Positions 45,300 to 59,959 of a stretch of 64,000 nucleotides of DNA are shown one piece after another. Made by a program: the position numbers and the translations under genes. The notes under the pieces were generated by a model that saw only the letters and a program-made list of their open reading frames with translations, did no database searches and was not told the origin of the DNA. The stretch's first letter is position 1; each line of letters starts with the position of its first letter. Origin of the DNA: the human T2T-CHM13v2.0 reference genome, Homo sapiens; assembly GCF_009914755.1 (NCBI RefSeq), contig NC_060928.1. The stretch is one strand, 5' to 3'.

Positions 45300-45934
45300 T
45301 GTTGCAGTTTTGCCAGTGCACCTTAAAGTAGCGGTTTCTCGTTGTCTGAACAAGTACCCGGGGTTCTTTGTCCTGCATCCAAAAAAATTAAGGAGCATGG
45401 ACACAAGGGTGGGGGTGGAGTGAAAGTTTAATAAGCGAAAGAAAGCACTTCGCAGCGGAGAGGGGAGTCCGAGTGGATTGCCGAGTTACAGCTGACTCCA
45501 GAAGCTTTTATAAGAAACTCTTCTCATCTCTGTAGCAGTTTGAGTAACTTCTCCTATCAGTAAAGCTGTCTGTGCAACTCCCCTTATCTTATGCAGCTGT
45601 GGGTATGTCTCTAGGCAAGCACAAAGCGCCACTTCTCTTTTCTGTATAACTGTGGGTTTGTTTTAGGTAAGCCCCCGTCTTCCCTGTGCAAGTTTCTGTG
45701 GAGCCCACCATGTATATGCCTCAAAAGGGGAGGAAACTTTTTCCTGGGAGCTTGCTAATTATACGAAGAACAAACGGCTTCTTTTCTGGACGCTGTCTGC
45801 TTCTCTGTGTGCAGGTGCAGCCTGAGTTTTTGTCCCAGATTGTTTTGTTTTTGCCCATTGCTGTGACTTTTCAGGCAGACCGCTTCTACACTGTAAGTTT
45901 GCCCCAACTGATTTTTTCTTTTCCCTCACCCTCA
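45300..45934 (-). repeat. 3' LTR of the provirus
   Basis: Preceded on the minus strand by the purine-rich tract GAAGTGGGGAA. 9 mismatches in the first 60 aligned nt versus the other LTR. Confidence 0.9.
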
Positions 45935-46094
45935 TTCCCCACTTCAGAAGTGGGAACTCTAACTGCTGTTAGGGAGATTGGGCATTGATCTTTCTGGCTA
46001 TTTCTTGCTGGAGAGGAGCATTGTGTGAGGAACAGCAGCTAGGATTCCTCCCGAGGCTGGTTTAAGGGTCCTCAGAAAAAAGGTGCGTTTAATG

Positions 46095-46145
46095 TGTGGT
46101 TCCATTTACTTTACCATTTGGAGCTTGATGGCCTCTAGATGAAAA
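46095..46145 (-). pseudogene. ERV env cytoplasmic-tail relic
   Basis: Minus-strand HLEAIKLQMVK*MEP resembles the gamma-type Env tail (EA.KLQM), just upstream of the PPT and 3' LTR. Confidence 0.6.
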
Positions 46146-46763
46146 AAACAATTTGGGTTATTAGACAACATGTATTAAAATGAGACAAGGAAGGAGGTAA
46201 GGATAGCTTAAAAATCATGAGGCTGCTGACATGCCCTGATAACTGGTGGCTATAGTTAACGTCTGTTAAGATTGGGTGTATGGGGCTTGGCTTTGGTTAG
46301 CTTCCTTGGTTTGACCTTCCCCAAAAAGGAAACCTCCAGGTTATGGGGGCACTTTATTTACTCTTATTACCTGGCAGAATTTGTAGGATAATTGCCCAGA
46401 ACTAGAATATTGTTCCAGATTTTGACATTACCCATCCCTTTCTGTCTCTCTGAGCTGCAGCCAGAGATGGCTGGTTGGTTTACAGGAATAAGCAGGGTTA
46501 GTCTAAAATGTAGGCAAGAACTTAAAAATCACTAATGAGACTAGAAATTAATGACCACTGTATGATAAGTTTTGAAACATAATTTCCCTCTCTCCAGTCC
46601 TCCTTTTTGTTAAAAACAAATCATGATAGGACTGAGTTGTTTGCAAAATAGACTTTAGTTTTAAACTTGGTCTGATTATTTACATAAGTGCAGCAAGAAT
46701 CCTTATTTTTACATAGGCCTTTTAGATTGGCTTTGATGGAACTTTGTTCCACAAGGAATCTTA

Positions 46764-47093
<330 letters not shown>

Positions 47094-49619
47094 TCACCAC
47101 AGGTTAGGAACCCTGTACAGGGGCTGTGTAGACAAGGTATGAGGCCGGTTTTCCAGGAGGCTTTTACTGGCTCTGCAAGTCGAACTTGACTCTTTAAAGG
47201 GAAACACACCCTTTCAGTCAAAGCCTTGGTAAAACAACGAGTTTTTCCAATTGTGTTTTGTTGCAAAATAAAGTAGATTCTTATTGCGCTGATGCAAACA
47301 ACTATATTGTTATAAGTCAAGAATACTTACAACCAGTTTCTGAATTCTAGAGAAACCAGGCAGAGAGAAACAAACATGTTCCAAATTTTGTTCACAGGAG
47401 TATACCTTACTTAGTTGTTAAAAGCTCTAGCTAATTTGAAAGAAAGTTTCCTTGACTCTGAAAAACAAAACAAGAATTAGCAGTGTTCAAAGCAAAAATC
47501 AAAAAGATTCGTTTAGTTTTCTATTAGGTTAGTCCATTCCATTAACTCTTGTTCTGCTTAATATTTGTAAACATTTCAGCTTTTCATGAGTCCTTTACAT
47601 TTTTCTATTATCAGAAACCTGCATTCAAGAGTACCTATTAAAGTTCCACAGTGATTATAAACCATTTTTTGAAGAAGATTAAAATAAGACAACAATTGTC
47701 TGTAAATGACAAAATGTCCAGGGTGGTTACAGTCAAGAACATGATTGACAAATTTGGTTATTTCTGTGGCATACAATAACCCAACATAACAACCTTAATT
47801 GTGATTGATAGCAAATATTCAGACATTAGAACCTTAGACATCCCATACAATTTTGGACATATGTTAATATTTTTCCCTAAAACATAACCTGAAGAATATT
47901 AGACCTCATTTTGGCAATCCCATGTACCTAAACATGTTAAATAATCCTGTTTACCTCTCTTCAGCATGCTCCAGGGACCCTTTGTAGCACCCAAAAGCAA
48001 GGGGCCAGGAAAGACAACCTTGAGACTGAAGTTTAATTTTGGGAAGCCTGTGAAATATGTTAGAGGCTTAAAACACTGGATATTATGAAATAAAATTTTA
48101 CCATAAGTCATTTGTTTTGCCAAAACAATGACTCAAAAATTTGAAAAAAAAAACAACAACAAAAAAAACCTTTTCATTAGCCCTTATTACTACATGAATA
48201 GAGAGCCAAATTTACCCTTGCATTAGTCTACTATTAATGTTAACCCCAGTTTTTAATGAAGCCTTATAGACAATCCTATTCAATCTTAACCAGTTTGACC
48301 ATGAGGTGAGATTTTTACATACATTTTTTTGTATGGTTATTTTATAACCCTTTACAAGTTTTGCTGAAGAGTAGGTCAGCATCGTAAGAAAACCTTGTTG
48401 TGCTTTTATTTCAAAGTTTAATTTACAGAAAAAAATATATAATACCCTTTTGAATTTAGTCAATATGTTCACACACATAGTTTCCTTTGCAAGATTAATA
48501 TTTACAGTCTTTTCACAATTTGCTTAAACCTTCTGCTTTATTTTATCTAATTTAAGACAATCCTTTATCTCTAGGCAAAATGGACATTTCCATGCCTTCT
48601 TATAATCTTTTAACTAAAAACACATTTTGCTGTTTTTACACACCTTGCATGCAAATCCATGTTCAGTAGTCTCAATTACATGTCATAATGGTAACTCTTA
48701 GCGATTTTTAACTTTAATGTAAAGCCTGGTAAGTTGTTTTAATTATGTGCTAGATGCAGATAAAGTCTGATTCCTTTCAGCGTAGTTAGGAGCATGGTCA
48801 CTTCTATTTGTTCCCAGACCATACTAATTGTGAAGCAGGCAAGTTGACAGTTTTTAAAAGGCCAAAGAAGCAGTTTGCAACCTTAAAACATTTAGCAAAG
48901 CTAGTATCTGACCTGCATAATAAATTAGACCACATTTTTACACCTTGAAGACGTTTGTATTTTACCAATAATTCTTGTCTGTTTTTATTTTAAATATTAA
49001 AGTCATATGAACTGAAAGGTACCACAGCTTTTACTTTTACTGCAAAATATTTTATTTCAGTGCTTATTATTCTTAGGCCAATTAATTGGCCTTTTTATAG
49101 ACTTCACATATATATCACATGTATGACTACACAGACAGACAGAAGAAGATCCAGCAGCTCAGGGTGGAGCCCTTTTACGAACAGGGGTATGAATATAGTT
49201 TTCAGGGCTTAATAAACAAGCACAGCCAGAAGACAAAGACAGATGTTGAGAGGGGCTTATCCACCTCTAATTCCAGGGGTTCCATGAGGAAAACAGGGAT
49301 TTCTCCAAAATGGGATTTGTGGCACCTTAATCTATTTCCCAGGGAGTCCCAGGCCACCAGAAGTCATTCTAGGGTCTTTCACGTATGCATCAAGAATGAT
49401 AAGACACAGTGGAAAAAAGTAATTCAGTTGACTGAAAAAAAACAACAACAACAAAAAACCTTTTCCAGAAAAACAAGATCTATGAAGAGAAAAACATAAA
49501 GGCCTTTTACATATACCCATAGCTCGGATATCCACTTTGAGGTAAGCTGAGCATTCTTTAAGAAAATCCTTTCTCATTAATTAAAATTTTACAGAGAATG
49601 TAAACAGTGATCTTCATCA

Positions 49620-50490
49620 TTCCTTTTACTGGTTTGCACCACTACCTTTTCACAATCATGTTCAAGTTCTCCAGTTTCCTTTGGGAGAAAATGGCTCGGC
49701 TCTAGCAAGGGCAGGTTTTCCTCTGGACCACAGATCCCTCCAGTAGCAAAGCTTGATAGTTAAGGAGGCGATTGTCTGTTAGCCAGGGACTTTCCTTAGA
49801 GGGCAGCACTCCTGCTATATTGTATGGGTTGTAAACAGTTGTTTCCCATGGGTAACCCAGTGGCCTCTGGCACCAACAAAGCTGCCATTGTAACTGCTTA
49901 GAGGCAGGCTAACCAGCCTTTAGCCACCAAGTTAAGTTCCTCACTTAGGTAACCCACTGGCTGTTGAGCTGGACCTCAAGCTTCAGCCAGAATTCCCAGG
50001 GCCATTTCCTTCTTTTCTGAAGCATAGAGACTGAATGCTTTTCCTTTGGGAAGACTGGGGGTTGATGCTTTAAGTAAGGCTTGCTTTAGTTGGTTAAAGG
50101 CAGGTTCCCAAGTTAGTGAGTGAGTTTTAACTGCTTGAGTTTCGTTATGAGGTGGTATAAAGGGCAAGCTATTTCACGGTATCCAGGTACACACAGTCTG
50201 CAAAATCCACTAATGCCTAAGAATCCCCTCAACTGTTAAAGGAAATGGGCATCCTTTCTTCACCTGATGCTCTAGTCCCTTCTGATAAGACTAGACCTAG
50301 GTACTTTACTGAAGTCTGACAGAGCCAAGCTTTAGATTTTCAGACCCTATATCCCCTTTCAGCTAAGAAACTGAAGAGAGCCTCAGTGCCTCCCTGAGAC
50401 TTCCTTGGTTGGGGGACAGAGGAGAGTGTTATTTATGTACTGCAAAGTTTCAACTCGAGGGTGAGAAAAATTAGATCTTTGGACAGGGCC
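49620..50490 (-). pseudogene. ERV pol (RT C-terminal half and connection region) relic
   Basis: Minus-strand TLQYINNTLLC at ~50416-50448 (degenerate LQYVDD.LL), plus [46 protein letters not shown]. Frameshifted. Confidence 0.8.
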
Positions 50491-50562
50491 TGTTTCAGCA
50501 ACTTTCTTCCCATATTAAGGGCTGTCTGAGTAATAAACCTGTTCTTTATTGAATAAAAAGGT

Positions 50563-50860
50563 TTAAAGATTTTTATTTAGCTTTTGGACTATCATGGAAA
50601 GCTTGGAAGAGTTAATAGGTTTGGCTCTAATCCCCTGCAAGTTCTCCAATATACACATTTGAAAGAGTTTCCTTCCCCATTTTCTGATGCTATCATCATG
50701 GTCCCATTTATGGTCCTCCAAGGGCACTGGTATTTTCCCCACTTGCTTCTCCATCCCTGGAACATCCAGGAGAGTTTAAATACTTGGGTTAAATCTTGGA
50801 AGGCCTCTATACGGCAGTGAAGTTGGGGCTTGCCCCGAGTGAACTTTAGGGTCTGAGGAC
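50563..50860 (-). pseudogene. ERV gag (capsid) relic
   Basis: Minus-strand ORF ...DHKWDHDDSIRKWGRKLFQMCILENLQGIRAKPINSSKLSMIVQ resembles HERV-W/ERV9-type capsid (W..........W......C.LEGL.....KP.N.S....I.Q). Confidence 0.7.
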
Positions 50861-51423
50861 TAAAGGAGATCCAGGCTGCACTCAGGGGTAGTGCAGACTT
50901 GAAGATGGGGTGTTATCCATGTAGAAAAGAGGCAAGAGAAGAGGCATCCCTCAGTCTCCTTCTCTTCAGAGTGACCCAAGATGGAGGGAAAGGCTGGAGG
51001 GGCATCCCCCTTCACCCCCTTCCTCCCGTCCTTTGGGTCCCAGTGACCATCCTTCATAGGTGCCGCCCCATGTTTGCAAGTATGACCTTCATTTATGGTC
51101 CTGGAGAAGCTAGTCAGCATAACTAGTCATGCTCATCTGCTTATGGCCTTGGCCCTTCACCCTTGCTGGTTTCCTAGACCTACTTTGCCCATAAGGTTCC
51201 CAGGGTACCCTAAGGGTCCAGGAGAGATTGTATTTGGGCAAGACACCTTAATGGAATGGAGGAAGTCTTTTAATATTATCTCTGGCTTCCCTTGCTATGG
51301 CCCTAGTGAAACATTGAAATCCCAGAGAATGGGACCAATTGACTTCCAAATATAAAATCCCCTTTTTGTTTAAATGCCAATGTAGTTGGATGTAGAACAG
51401 GTGCCTCAGAAAAGAACATATGA

Positions 51424-51851
<428 letters not shown>

Positions 51852-52706
51852 CTAGAGGTTTTCGACAAACAGCCAGCAAGACTCCCCATGGAGAAAAAAA
51901 TCCCATCCCACTAGGTGGCGCTGTAGGATCTGAGATGTTAGGTAAAAACTCTGACTCCATCTATCCAGGCAGAAGTTAGAGAGGTTTGGGGTTTAATAGG
52001 CTGTCCCCAGCGGAATAAAATTAACTTGTCTCATAAAGAAACTGTTTAAATTCATTGGGCAGTGCTGAGCTTTCACGTGGAGGGAAGAAATAACCCAAAA
52101 GGAGAAGGAAACAATCCAAATGGAGAGGGAAGAGGATATTCACTTGGGGTGAAATATCCCCTTATATAGTGCCATCAGTGTCTATCATTGAGGACAAAAA
52201 GCCCTTACTAGGTGAAAATTTAAACTGATCTTGAATTTACCCTGTCTCCAGGAAATCACAAACACAACAACTCTTTGTCTTAGTAATCAGGAATGTAACT
52301 CAAAGAGTTGTTGTGTTTGTCAGTTGGTGTCTTAGTAATCAGGACTGACTCTACCCAGCAAGACTCTGTCTCTAGGATGCAAAAACACCTGTAACATTGC
52401 ATAGAAAGAAGGGATAAGAGGCATGATAGCCCTGAAAAGAAAGAAGGAAAATGCAGTAGGAAAAGACTGGAGGTCCTTGTGCCAGCACCCTGACGGCTGT
52501 CGGGGACTGGAGATAATACTGAGGGGTAGCCCCAGCCAGAAACCTTCAGTTGCCCTAGGACCTCCTTCCAATCCCATGCAATGTCTGGGCCCTTTGTGAA
52601 AGGAAACTGGATTGGAATAGACAAGAAACCTCAGAAATGAAAGTAAAAGGGTAGAGGTCCGCTCTTACTCACCCTTCTGATGATCCCTTCTTCCTGCACC
52701 TAAATA

Positions 52707-53338
52707 TGTTGTAGTTTTGCCAATGCACCATAATGTAGCAGTTTCTTGTTCTCTGAACTAGTACCTGGCTTCTTTGTCCTGCGTCCAAGAAAATTGAGCA
52801 TGGACACAAGGGTGGGGGTGGAGCAAAAGTTTAATAAGAGAGAGAAGAAATGCTCCACAGCAGAGAGGGGAGTCCGAGTGGATTGCCGAGTTACAGCTAA
52901 ATCCAAAAGCTTTTGTAAGAAACTCTTCTCATCTCTGTAGCAGTTTGAGCAACTTCTCTTATCAGTAAAGCTGTCTGTGCAATTCCCCTTATCTTATGCA
53001 GCTGTGGGTATGCCTCTAGGCACGCACAAAGTGCTGCTTCTCTTGTTTAACTGTGGGTTTGTTTTAGGTAAGCCCCCATCCTCTCTGTGCCAGTTTCCAT
53101 GGAGCCCACCATGTATATGCCTGAAAAGGGGAGGAAACTTTTTCCTGAGAGCTCACTAATTATGGAAAGAACAAAGGGCTTCTGTACTGGACCATGTCTG
53201 CTTATCTGTGTGTAGGTGTAGCCTGAGTTTTTTTTTTCCCCAGGTTGTTTTAATTTTACCTGTTGCTGTGACTTTTCAGGCAGACCATTTCTGCAGTCTG
53301 AGTTTGCCCCAACTGATTTTTCCTTTCCTTCTGCCTCA
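52707..53338 (-). repeat. 5' LTR of the provirus
   Basis: Paralogous to 45300-45934. Minus-strand ATTAAA near 52830-52835. Followed on the minus strand by a degenerate PBS-like tract and a GGGTGAGT splice-donor-like site (~52667-52674). Confidence 0.9.
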
Positions 53339-53544
53339 GTTCTAGAGGGTATCTCAAAGTAGAAAGATTGTGGGGTGAAGAATAGACATTACTGAGAACA
53401 AAATATAAGAGGCATTTCAAAAATATTATCCCCAAAGCAATTCAGGAAAGAACTATGGAGCCGCTGTTATGTGTTATATGCTGGGAATATGGTAGTGAGC
53501 AAAATAGCTGAGGCTCCTGTCTTTAATGAGCTTACAGTCTTGAA

Positions 53545-54140
53545 AATTTTGTAGGGAAGATTTCTATGCAAGGGCATAGAGGTATATACAAAAGGATGAT
53601 TATTGAAACATTATTATGAAATCAACAGAAATGCCCATCAATAAGGAAGTAATTCAGTAGACTATGGAACAGCCATACTATGGAACAGCCATACTATGGA
53701 ATATTCAATAATGTATTGAAACATTATTATAATGTTTTCATTCTTATTAAAAGAATTATGTAAGTCTTATACATGCTCACATGGGAGAAAAGTCTATACG
53801 TACTCATCTGAACATGTATTCTATATACATACCAGACATGTCTACATGAGTAGACAAAATATTAAAAACTATATACAGCCAACTATTAACAATGATTTCC
53901 TCTAGGAGATGAGATTTGACATCTATTAGGGGATATCTCTCCTCCTCAGAAAAGGGAAGTAGAAGCTCTTTTAGGGAGAGGTGGAAAATCTGGAGGGAAC
54001 AAGAGGATTGAATGTGACAAAACCTGCTGAAGAGAGGCAGGGAGGGAACTTTCACCTTTATGTCGTAAACTTCTATGTTGTTTGAATTTTGTACAACAAA
54101 CTATGCATTACTTTGTAATTCTTAAGACAAAGAATATAAG
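53545..54140 (+). mobile_element. Old L1 (L1ME-like) 3' fragment
   Basis: tacaaaaggatgattattgaaacatt...aaatgcccatcaataagg...atactatggaatatt; degenerate. Confidence 0.55.
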
Positions 54141-55529
54141 TAAGAAAAACACATACCAATAGAGTTATTCTGGCACACAACCTGGTTTACATTTTTTGAA
54201 TTATTATTTCTAAACTATACATTGGTGAAAGGAGATGGAAACATTATACAACACACAACACAAAATTATGCTCTATTCCAGCTCTGTTGTCACCTGTCCT
54301 CTGTAAGAACGCAAGGCCTGCAGATGTTCCCCAAATGGAGGTCCCTAGGACAGCAAAGGTGCCCCTCACCACCTTCTGTCACCTTCACCCCACCCTTTTC
54401 CTCCCTCCTTCAGCCCCTTGATGTTTCTAATTCCGTCCTGTCTCCCATTCAAAGTTTCTATCTTGCCCTTTTCCCCAAGTTGCTATCTTCTGCCTTAGAA
54501 GCAAGTCCCAAATTTCCTTTCATGTTTTACGTATTTTCACCAATTCTGGTGTCCGTTGTAAATCAAAATTGCTGTCTTTCTCACCCAGTTCTGCTGTTTT
54601 AAGCCCAGTAGTTAGGGTCAGAAGAAGAAAAATGTTGCCTGAGTCCCCATCTGGGTTATAGTTTGTTTGGGGGGATTATTATCCTCACCCATCTAAAATT
54701 AGGCATACCTTGCTCTGCCTGCTTCAGTTTCTCTCCAGAAACATTACATCTTCCTACAAGATCTGCTTTTCCCTACTACTGTGTTTTTGAACTTATCCTG
54801 AAAGAGTGTTTGTTCCCTCCCAACTTTGGGTTACACTGCAAAGTACTCTTTCAGAATCAAAATGAGTCTTTACCAGTCCCTGTTTGGGGTTTCTTCTATT
54901 TAGGAAGAGGCTTCTGGAAACTGTACTCCTGCTACAGTTGTTTCAAATAGTTGTGTAGAACAACTAAGCTCTTTAGCTAATTTAAAAGCTCTAAACAATA
55001 TTATCACTTTGTTCATTCCACAGTAAATTTCTGAATGCTTGCTATATGCCTCAGGTCAACCTGTTTAATATCTTTCTGAATATTTTAGTAAAACATAGCA
55101 ATATAGTGTGTTTAGCTTTCAAACGCAGTAATATAATGGTTTATTTAGCAAGTGAAATAAATCTCTTGTGCCAAAAGCTCATTTCAAAAAGGAAAATAAC
55201 TAAGGTCCAGGTCATGAAAAAAAAAAAAAAAAGCCAACCACCTGATAGCTGTAAATACTATCTTAAGTGTCCTCAGCATAAATTCACAAATTAAGTCTTT
55301 TTATTACAGAATAAGTATTGGTTATGCAGTAGCTTTACCTAGGAGTAACTTTATCTCATAACAGCTTCTCTCTTTTATCTTGCATTTCTGTTAAATTTTG
55401 AAGGCTATATTTCATTCACTTACCGTAGTTAAGTCGATAGTATGTAATCCAATCAGCAAATATAGTCAGCTTGGAGCCAAGCAGTATAGATTACCTGTAA
55501 ATAAATATGATGAAATTTTCTCTTTACAG

Positions 55530-55696
55530 ATGCAAGTATTGGCATTATGATGAAAACTTGCTCACTTCGAGCGTTGTCATTGTCTTCCATAATGAAGGAT
55601 GGTCAACCCTCATGAGAACAGTCCACAGTGTAATTAAAAGGACTCCAAGGAAATATTTAGCAGAAATTGTGTTAATTGACGATTTCAGTAATAAAG
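55530..55696 (+). CDS. GALNT7: GALNT7 coding exon 3 (167 nt; start of GT-A fold)
   Basis: Acceptor tctttacag| and donor G|gtaatg. Translates (E)[55 protein letters not shown], with the canonical GalNAc-T FHNE and EI.L.DD motifs. Confidence 0.97.
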
Positions 55697-57094
55697 GTAA
55701 TGGCTGTGAAACTCACATTTTGTCTATAAAATAAGTTAAGCATGAATAATTGCAAAAAGGTGATTTCAAAATAATTAGCTTTAAAAAATTAATAGCATCT
55801 ATTGATAGCATCTGTTATCAACAAGTTGACACTGTGCCAAGCATTGTATGTGAGTTATTTTGTTTAATACTAACAGTAATCCTTTCAGTGGATATCATTA
55901 TGTCCATTTTACACGCTCAGAGATGTACAAGTAGTACACAAAAATTTGGTTGTACACAAAAATTCAGTAAAGTATACCACTGATTATAATGTTAGAAGCG
56001 AAGATAAACATAGGTAGCATGAAAATATCGTTCAAAATGGCTTTATAAAAAAGCTTCCTCCAAAATTTAATTGAGAATTCTTGCAGTCTGGATAAACCTT
56101 TGCTGGTTTTGCAAGGACATGATTAGAATCTTGAAACTGTACACATATGTTAGCACGAATAAATAGAAATATGGCCTATTTTTCCTTTCATCTCTGTGCA
56201 GCTGATCCTTTTATTAACTAATCATTTTTAAGTATCCTAGAGAATGTATAGCTTTAAAATTTTTAGCCATATCAAATGCCTTTAGAGTAGAGGCTTTAAG
56301 ATACTTTAAAACTTTTCTTCAGTTCTCATGTTAATGTCAAATCTAAAAGCTTTTAGGCACAACATTTTATGTATGTCCATTTTGTTTATGTCCATCTTTG
56401 TTGTGAATTTCTATAACAATAATGTTTTCATTAAAATACTATTTCTATCTCAAGACAAATGATACTGTTGGTACAATAATAATTGAGATGAACAAAAATC
56501 TAAATGTATAAAATAACTTTTCAAAATCGCCCAATTTTACTAATTTTAAGAACCTCTATATTATTAATACCAGTAAAAGTTTATCATATCCTAAAAAAAG
56601 TGAAGATACACCAAAAGGTATTTAGCATCCTAAAATAACTGCTTTGCCAAAGAAAAGAACACAATTTTGGACCTCAGAGTATTCTGTATTTTTTTACTGT
56701 TGTCTTTTTTTTTTATCTTTACTTCTTTTACAAATCTCTAATGAAGACAATCATGCAGGTCCCTTGAGTTTAGAGTAGGCAGAGAAGTTTGGGCTACCCT
56801 TGAATGAAAGTACAGCTTTAATTAGTTTTTTCAATTTCAAAACAACCTGAAAATCTCAGTCCTATCCTTAGTAAAATTATATACTGTTTGGTTAATCAGA
56901 CTTGAGTGATAATTTGGTGTGTACTTTCCCTAATATATTCAGAAAGTAAAACTTTAAAGATTTTTCTTTTAAAGACTAAATGCATATAAAAGGAGCTAAC
57001 TCGTAATAGCACTTGGGTTTCTGGGCATCACAGTATCCTCTATAAAGGTTTGGAGCTTTTAACTGGAACAAATTCCTCACATACGTGTGCATCA

Positions 57095-57470
57095 GCTAAC
57101 TGCGACTGAGTTGGGCCGAAGTAAAAGCAAACCCACACTCTCAGTGGCTCGCACAACAAAGGGTTAGCTTTTGCTCAAACTACACGGTCCTTGTGGGTCA
57201 GCCTAGCTCTGCACCCCATCCTCACCACAGGACCCAGGCGTGCAGAGCAGCCTCAGCTCAGACACTGCCTGCAGAGGGGCAGTGGGAAAGAAGACACACA
57301 CAACCAGCCTCTTAATGCTTCTATGCGTGTGACTGATGTCATTTCCACCCACATCTTGTTGACCAAGGCAAGTCACACATGTCCTAGCCTGCAGTCAGTG
57401 GGTTAGGGAGGATAATTTTCATCCGAGGAAGGGCAGTGAATATTTTGAGCCCTTAACACAGTGTACCACA
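57095..57470. mobile_element. MLT1-type MaLR LTR relic
   Basis: actctcagtggctcgcacaacaaagg...cacatcttgttgaccaaggcaagtcaca. Confidence 0.55.
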
Positions 57471-58817
57471 GTGTGAAATACAAGGAAGCCAGAAGGTATT
57501 GGATGCACCATTTCCCCCTTTGGTCCATGGTAACCAAGAATCAAAACTTGAAACATAGGCCATCAATTCATTTCTGTCCATAAAAACTTAAGATGTGTTT
57601 AACTTGTATATGCAAAAAATCCTCCTAATGGAATTCAAAAAGGCTTTAAAAAAATAATTTAGGACTGCACTGGACTTTAAAAAAGAGGATAAAGGCTTTT
57701 TTTTTTTTTAAGTTGAAGGGAAAATTACTCAGGTTTTCTGAGGGGAAAAAACATGATTAAGCACGAGAATTTTATTTATAATACTTATTAAAACTGGGTA
57801 CCAAAATAGAAAGTTTTTTTTCTCAATTCCAGATACCCACGTGTATCTTACTAATAATAAATGCCCTAAAATGAGTAAAATATTAAGTATACAGTCTGAT
57901 TTGCCCATTTAGCCACTAACTCATCTCTAAATACAGCAATTTTCCTGTGATTGCATATTCATGGGCCAAATTTTTAAACAATTTTAAAACAATTGAGGAC
58001 AATGCTTGTGTCCTCAAGAAGCATCTTTTAAATGATCTGCAGCTCATTCTGACCGTGGTGAGCTAATTTCATGGGCTCATAGTGATACAAACAAAAGCTG
58101 TTCTCTTGTAATGGGAAGCCAAAGATGGAAATTTTGCCAAATGTGTCTGGTTTTTATAACACAAAACTTCCTCTACTAAATTACAAACACATATATACAT
58201 ATATGTATGTATAATTAGAATTATATTTATAATGTATAATTATACACTTGATGCTTAAGATAAAGAGAAAATGAGATTTTTTTCTTATTTGCCAACTTGG
58301 TGGGAACCATATTCATCATACCAAGGTTACAGCTTTCAACACTGATTGTGGTTGGGGAAAGATGTCCCAGAAAAAAATGTTAAATAACCTATACCCTGTG
58401 TGGATTCCAGTGCAATTGTATAGTATTGTTAGTAGGCAGTGCATCTTCAGAAACCCTAACCATTGCTTCTGTCAACAGCAAACAAAATGTTGTTCCTGAA
58501 AGCGTTCAGATTTGACATTAACATGTGAACAGGAACAAAAATTTTAATATGTCTTAAAACCTTAACTGTCAATTCGAATAATCATTGTTTAGAAGGGTGT
58601 TTGATAATTCTCAGACTAACCAGTTCTCTGTAGGCATAGTAAACTCAAAATTAACTTAAATAATATACTTCGCCTTCCTTCTTGATAAAACGTGCAATCT
58701 GGTCCATGTAAAATTACTGTCTACCCAATGCACCTGTATTCTTGTTTCCTGAGAAAAATAATAACTAATTGGTTTCTATTCGTCTAATTTATAATATCGA
58801 TTGATTTTTCTTAACAG

Positions 58818-58948
58818 AACACTTAAAAGAAAAACTGGATGAATATATTAAGCTGTGGAATGGCCTAGTGAAGGTATTTCGAAATGAAAGAAGGGAAGGT
58901 TTAATTCAAGCACGAAGTATTGGTGCTCAGAAGGCTAAACTTGGACAG
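58818..58948 (+). CDS. GALNT7: GALNT7 coding exon 4 (131 nt)
   Basis: Acceptor ttcttaacag| and donor CAG|gtagga. Manual translation (E)HLKEKLDEYIKLWNGLVKVFRNERREGLIQARSIGAQKAKLGQ includes the REGLI.AR..GA motif. Not in the ORF track. Confidence 0.96.
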
Positions 58949-59185
58949 GTAGGAAGCATTTGATATCTACAATGTCAACATTTTGGGTTTGGTAACTAAA
59001 TCATACACATTTTTAATCATTCTTCAGTTTTTTTAATTGAAATGAGAATGCTGGCTTAAACAGATAACTTATGTGTCAGAATTGACTATAATGCTAATTT
59101 TTATTAGCATCTAATTTTAAATTGTGTGTAATATATGATGTAACGTATATGAGGAGTATTCTTTCACCTGCCTCTTTTTTTTAAG

Positions 59186-59265
59186 GTTTTGATATACCTT
59201 GATGCCCACTGTGAGGTGGCAGTTAACTGGTATGCACCACTTGTAGCTCCCATATCTAAGGACAG
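59186..59265 (+). CDS. GALNT7: GALNT7 coding exon 5 (80 nt; DXH Mn2+-binding motif)
   Basis: Acceptor ctttttttttaag| and donor AG|gtaaca. Translates VLIYLDAHCEVAVNWYAPLVAPISKD(R); LDAHCE is the DXH motif. Confidence 0.97.
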
Positions 59266-59959
59266 GTAACATTACCTTGCTTTTTTTCTTTCCTGGTTGA
59301 AAGTAAACCTTGTCCTAGAAGGGCAAATAATATTTTCATCCTTTGATTCCAGCTCCATTCAGTGCATCGAGTGTGCTTTAGTGTTATCCCTCATCTATTT
59401 GTTTCCTTGGGTGGAGCTAGACTGATACTGTGGACTGATTTAAATGTAGGCAGTCTGGCATTTGGGAGAAACCTAGGGTTCCTCACTCAAGAATCATTTT
59501 GTGGTTGGGTTATTAAGACCCCTCTATCTCCAGGCACTTTCTCTAAGAGTTATATGAATTGCTCCCTCTAAACTGGGGTGAGAGTTCTAAACACTTGAGG
59601 AACCATGCTTTGATATTATACCTGTTGATTTTTGTGCCTTTTAAATTAGTACTTTCAATAGTAAAGACCAGGTGTTACTTGTGTCAAGGTTTTGGGTTCC
59701 TATAGAAACTTTAAAGTTTAGAAATAGACAACTATTCCATGGAATTGTGACAATCACCATTAAATTTCCAGAAATGTCTAAAACAACATAAGGCACCATC
59801 AGTTTTCTATCTCCAAAAGCCTTCCTTGCTTCTAGTCCATAATTAGGAAAATAAAACACGTCCATGTGGCAAATGGCAAATGGCATGAATCAAAGGCAGA
59901 ACTTTGGAGGATTTAATCATGAGAGGATTTAATGTGAAGGCCGAACATGAACATTTTTC

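Noticed and set aside
49620-50860. Domesticated or coding-competent retroviral gene
   Set aside because: Only short frameshifted fragments remain; the catalytic YxDD is destroyed and env is almost absent.
52277-52343. Direct repeat gtcttagtaatcagga occurring twice
   Set aside because: It lies in the ERV leader region, has only two copies, and is probably part of the element or a local duplication.
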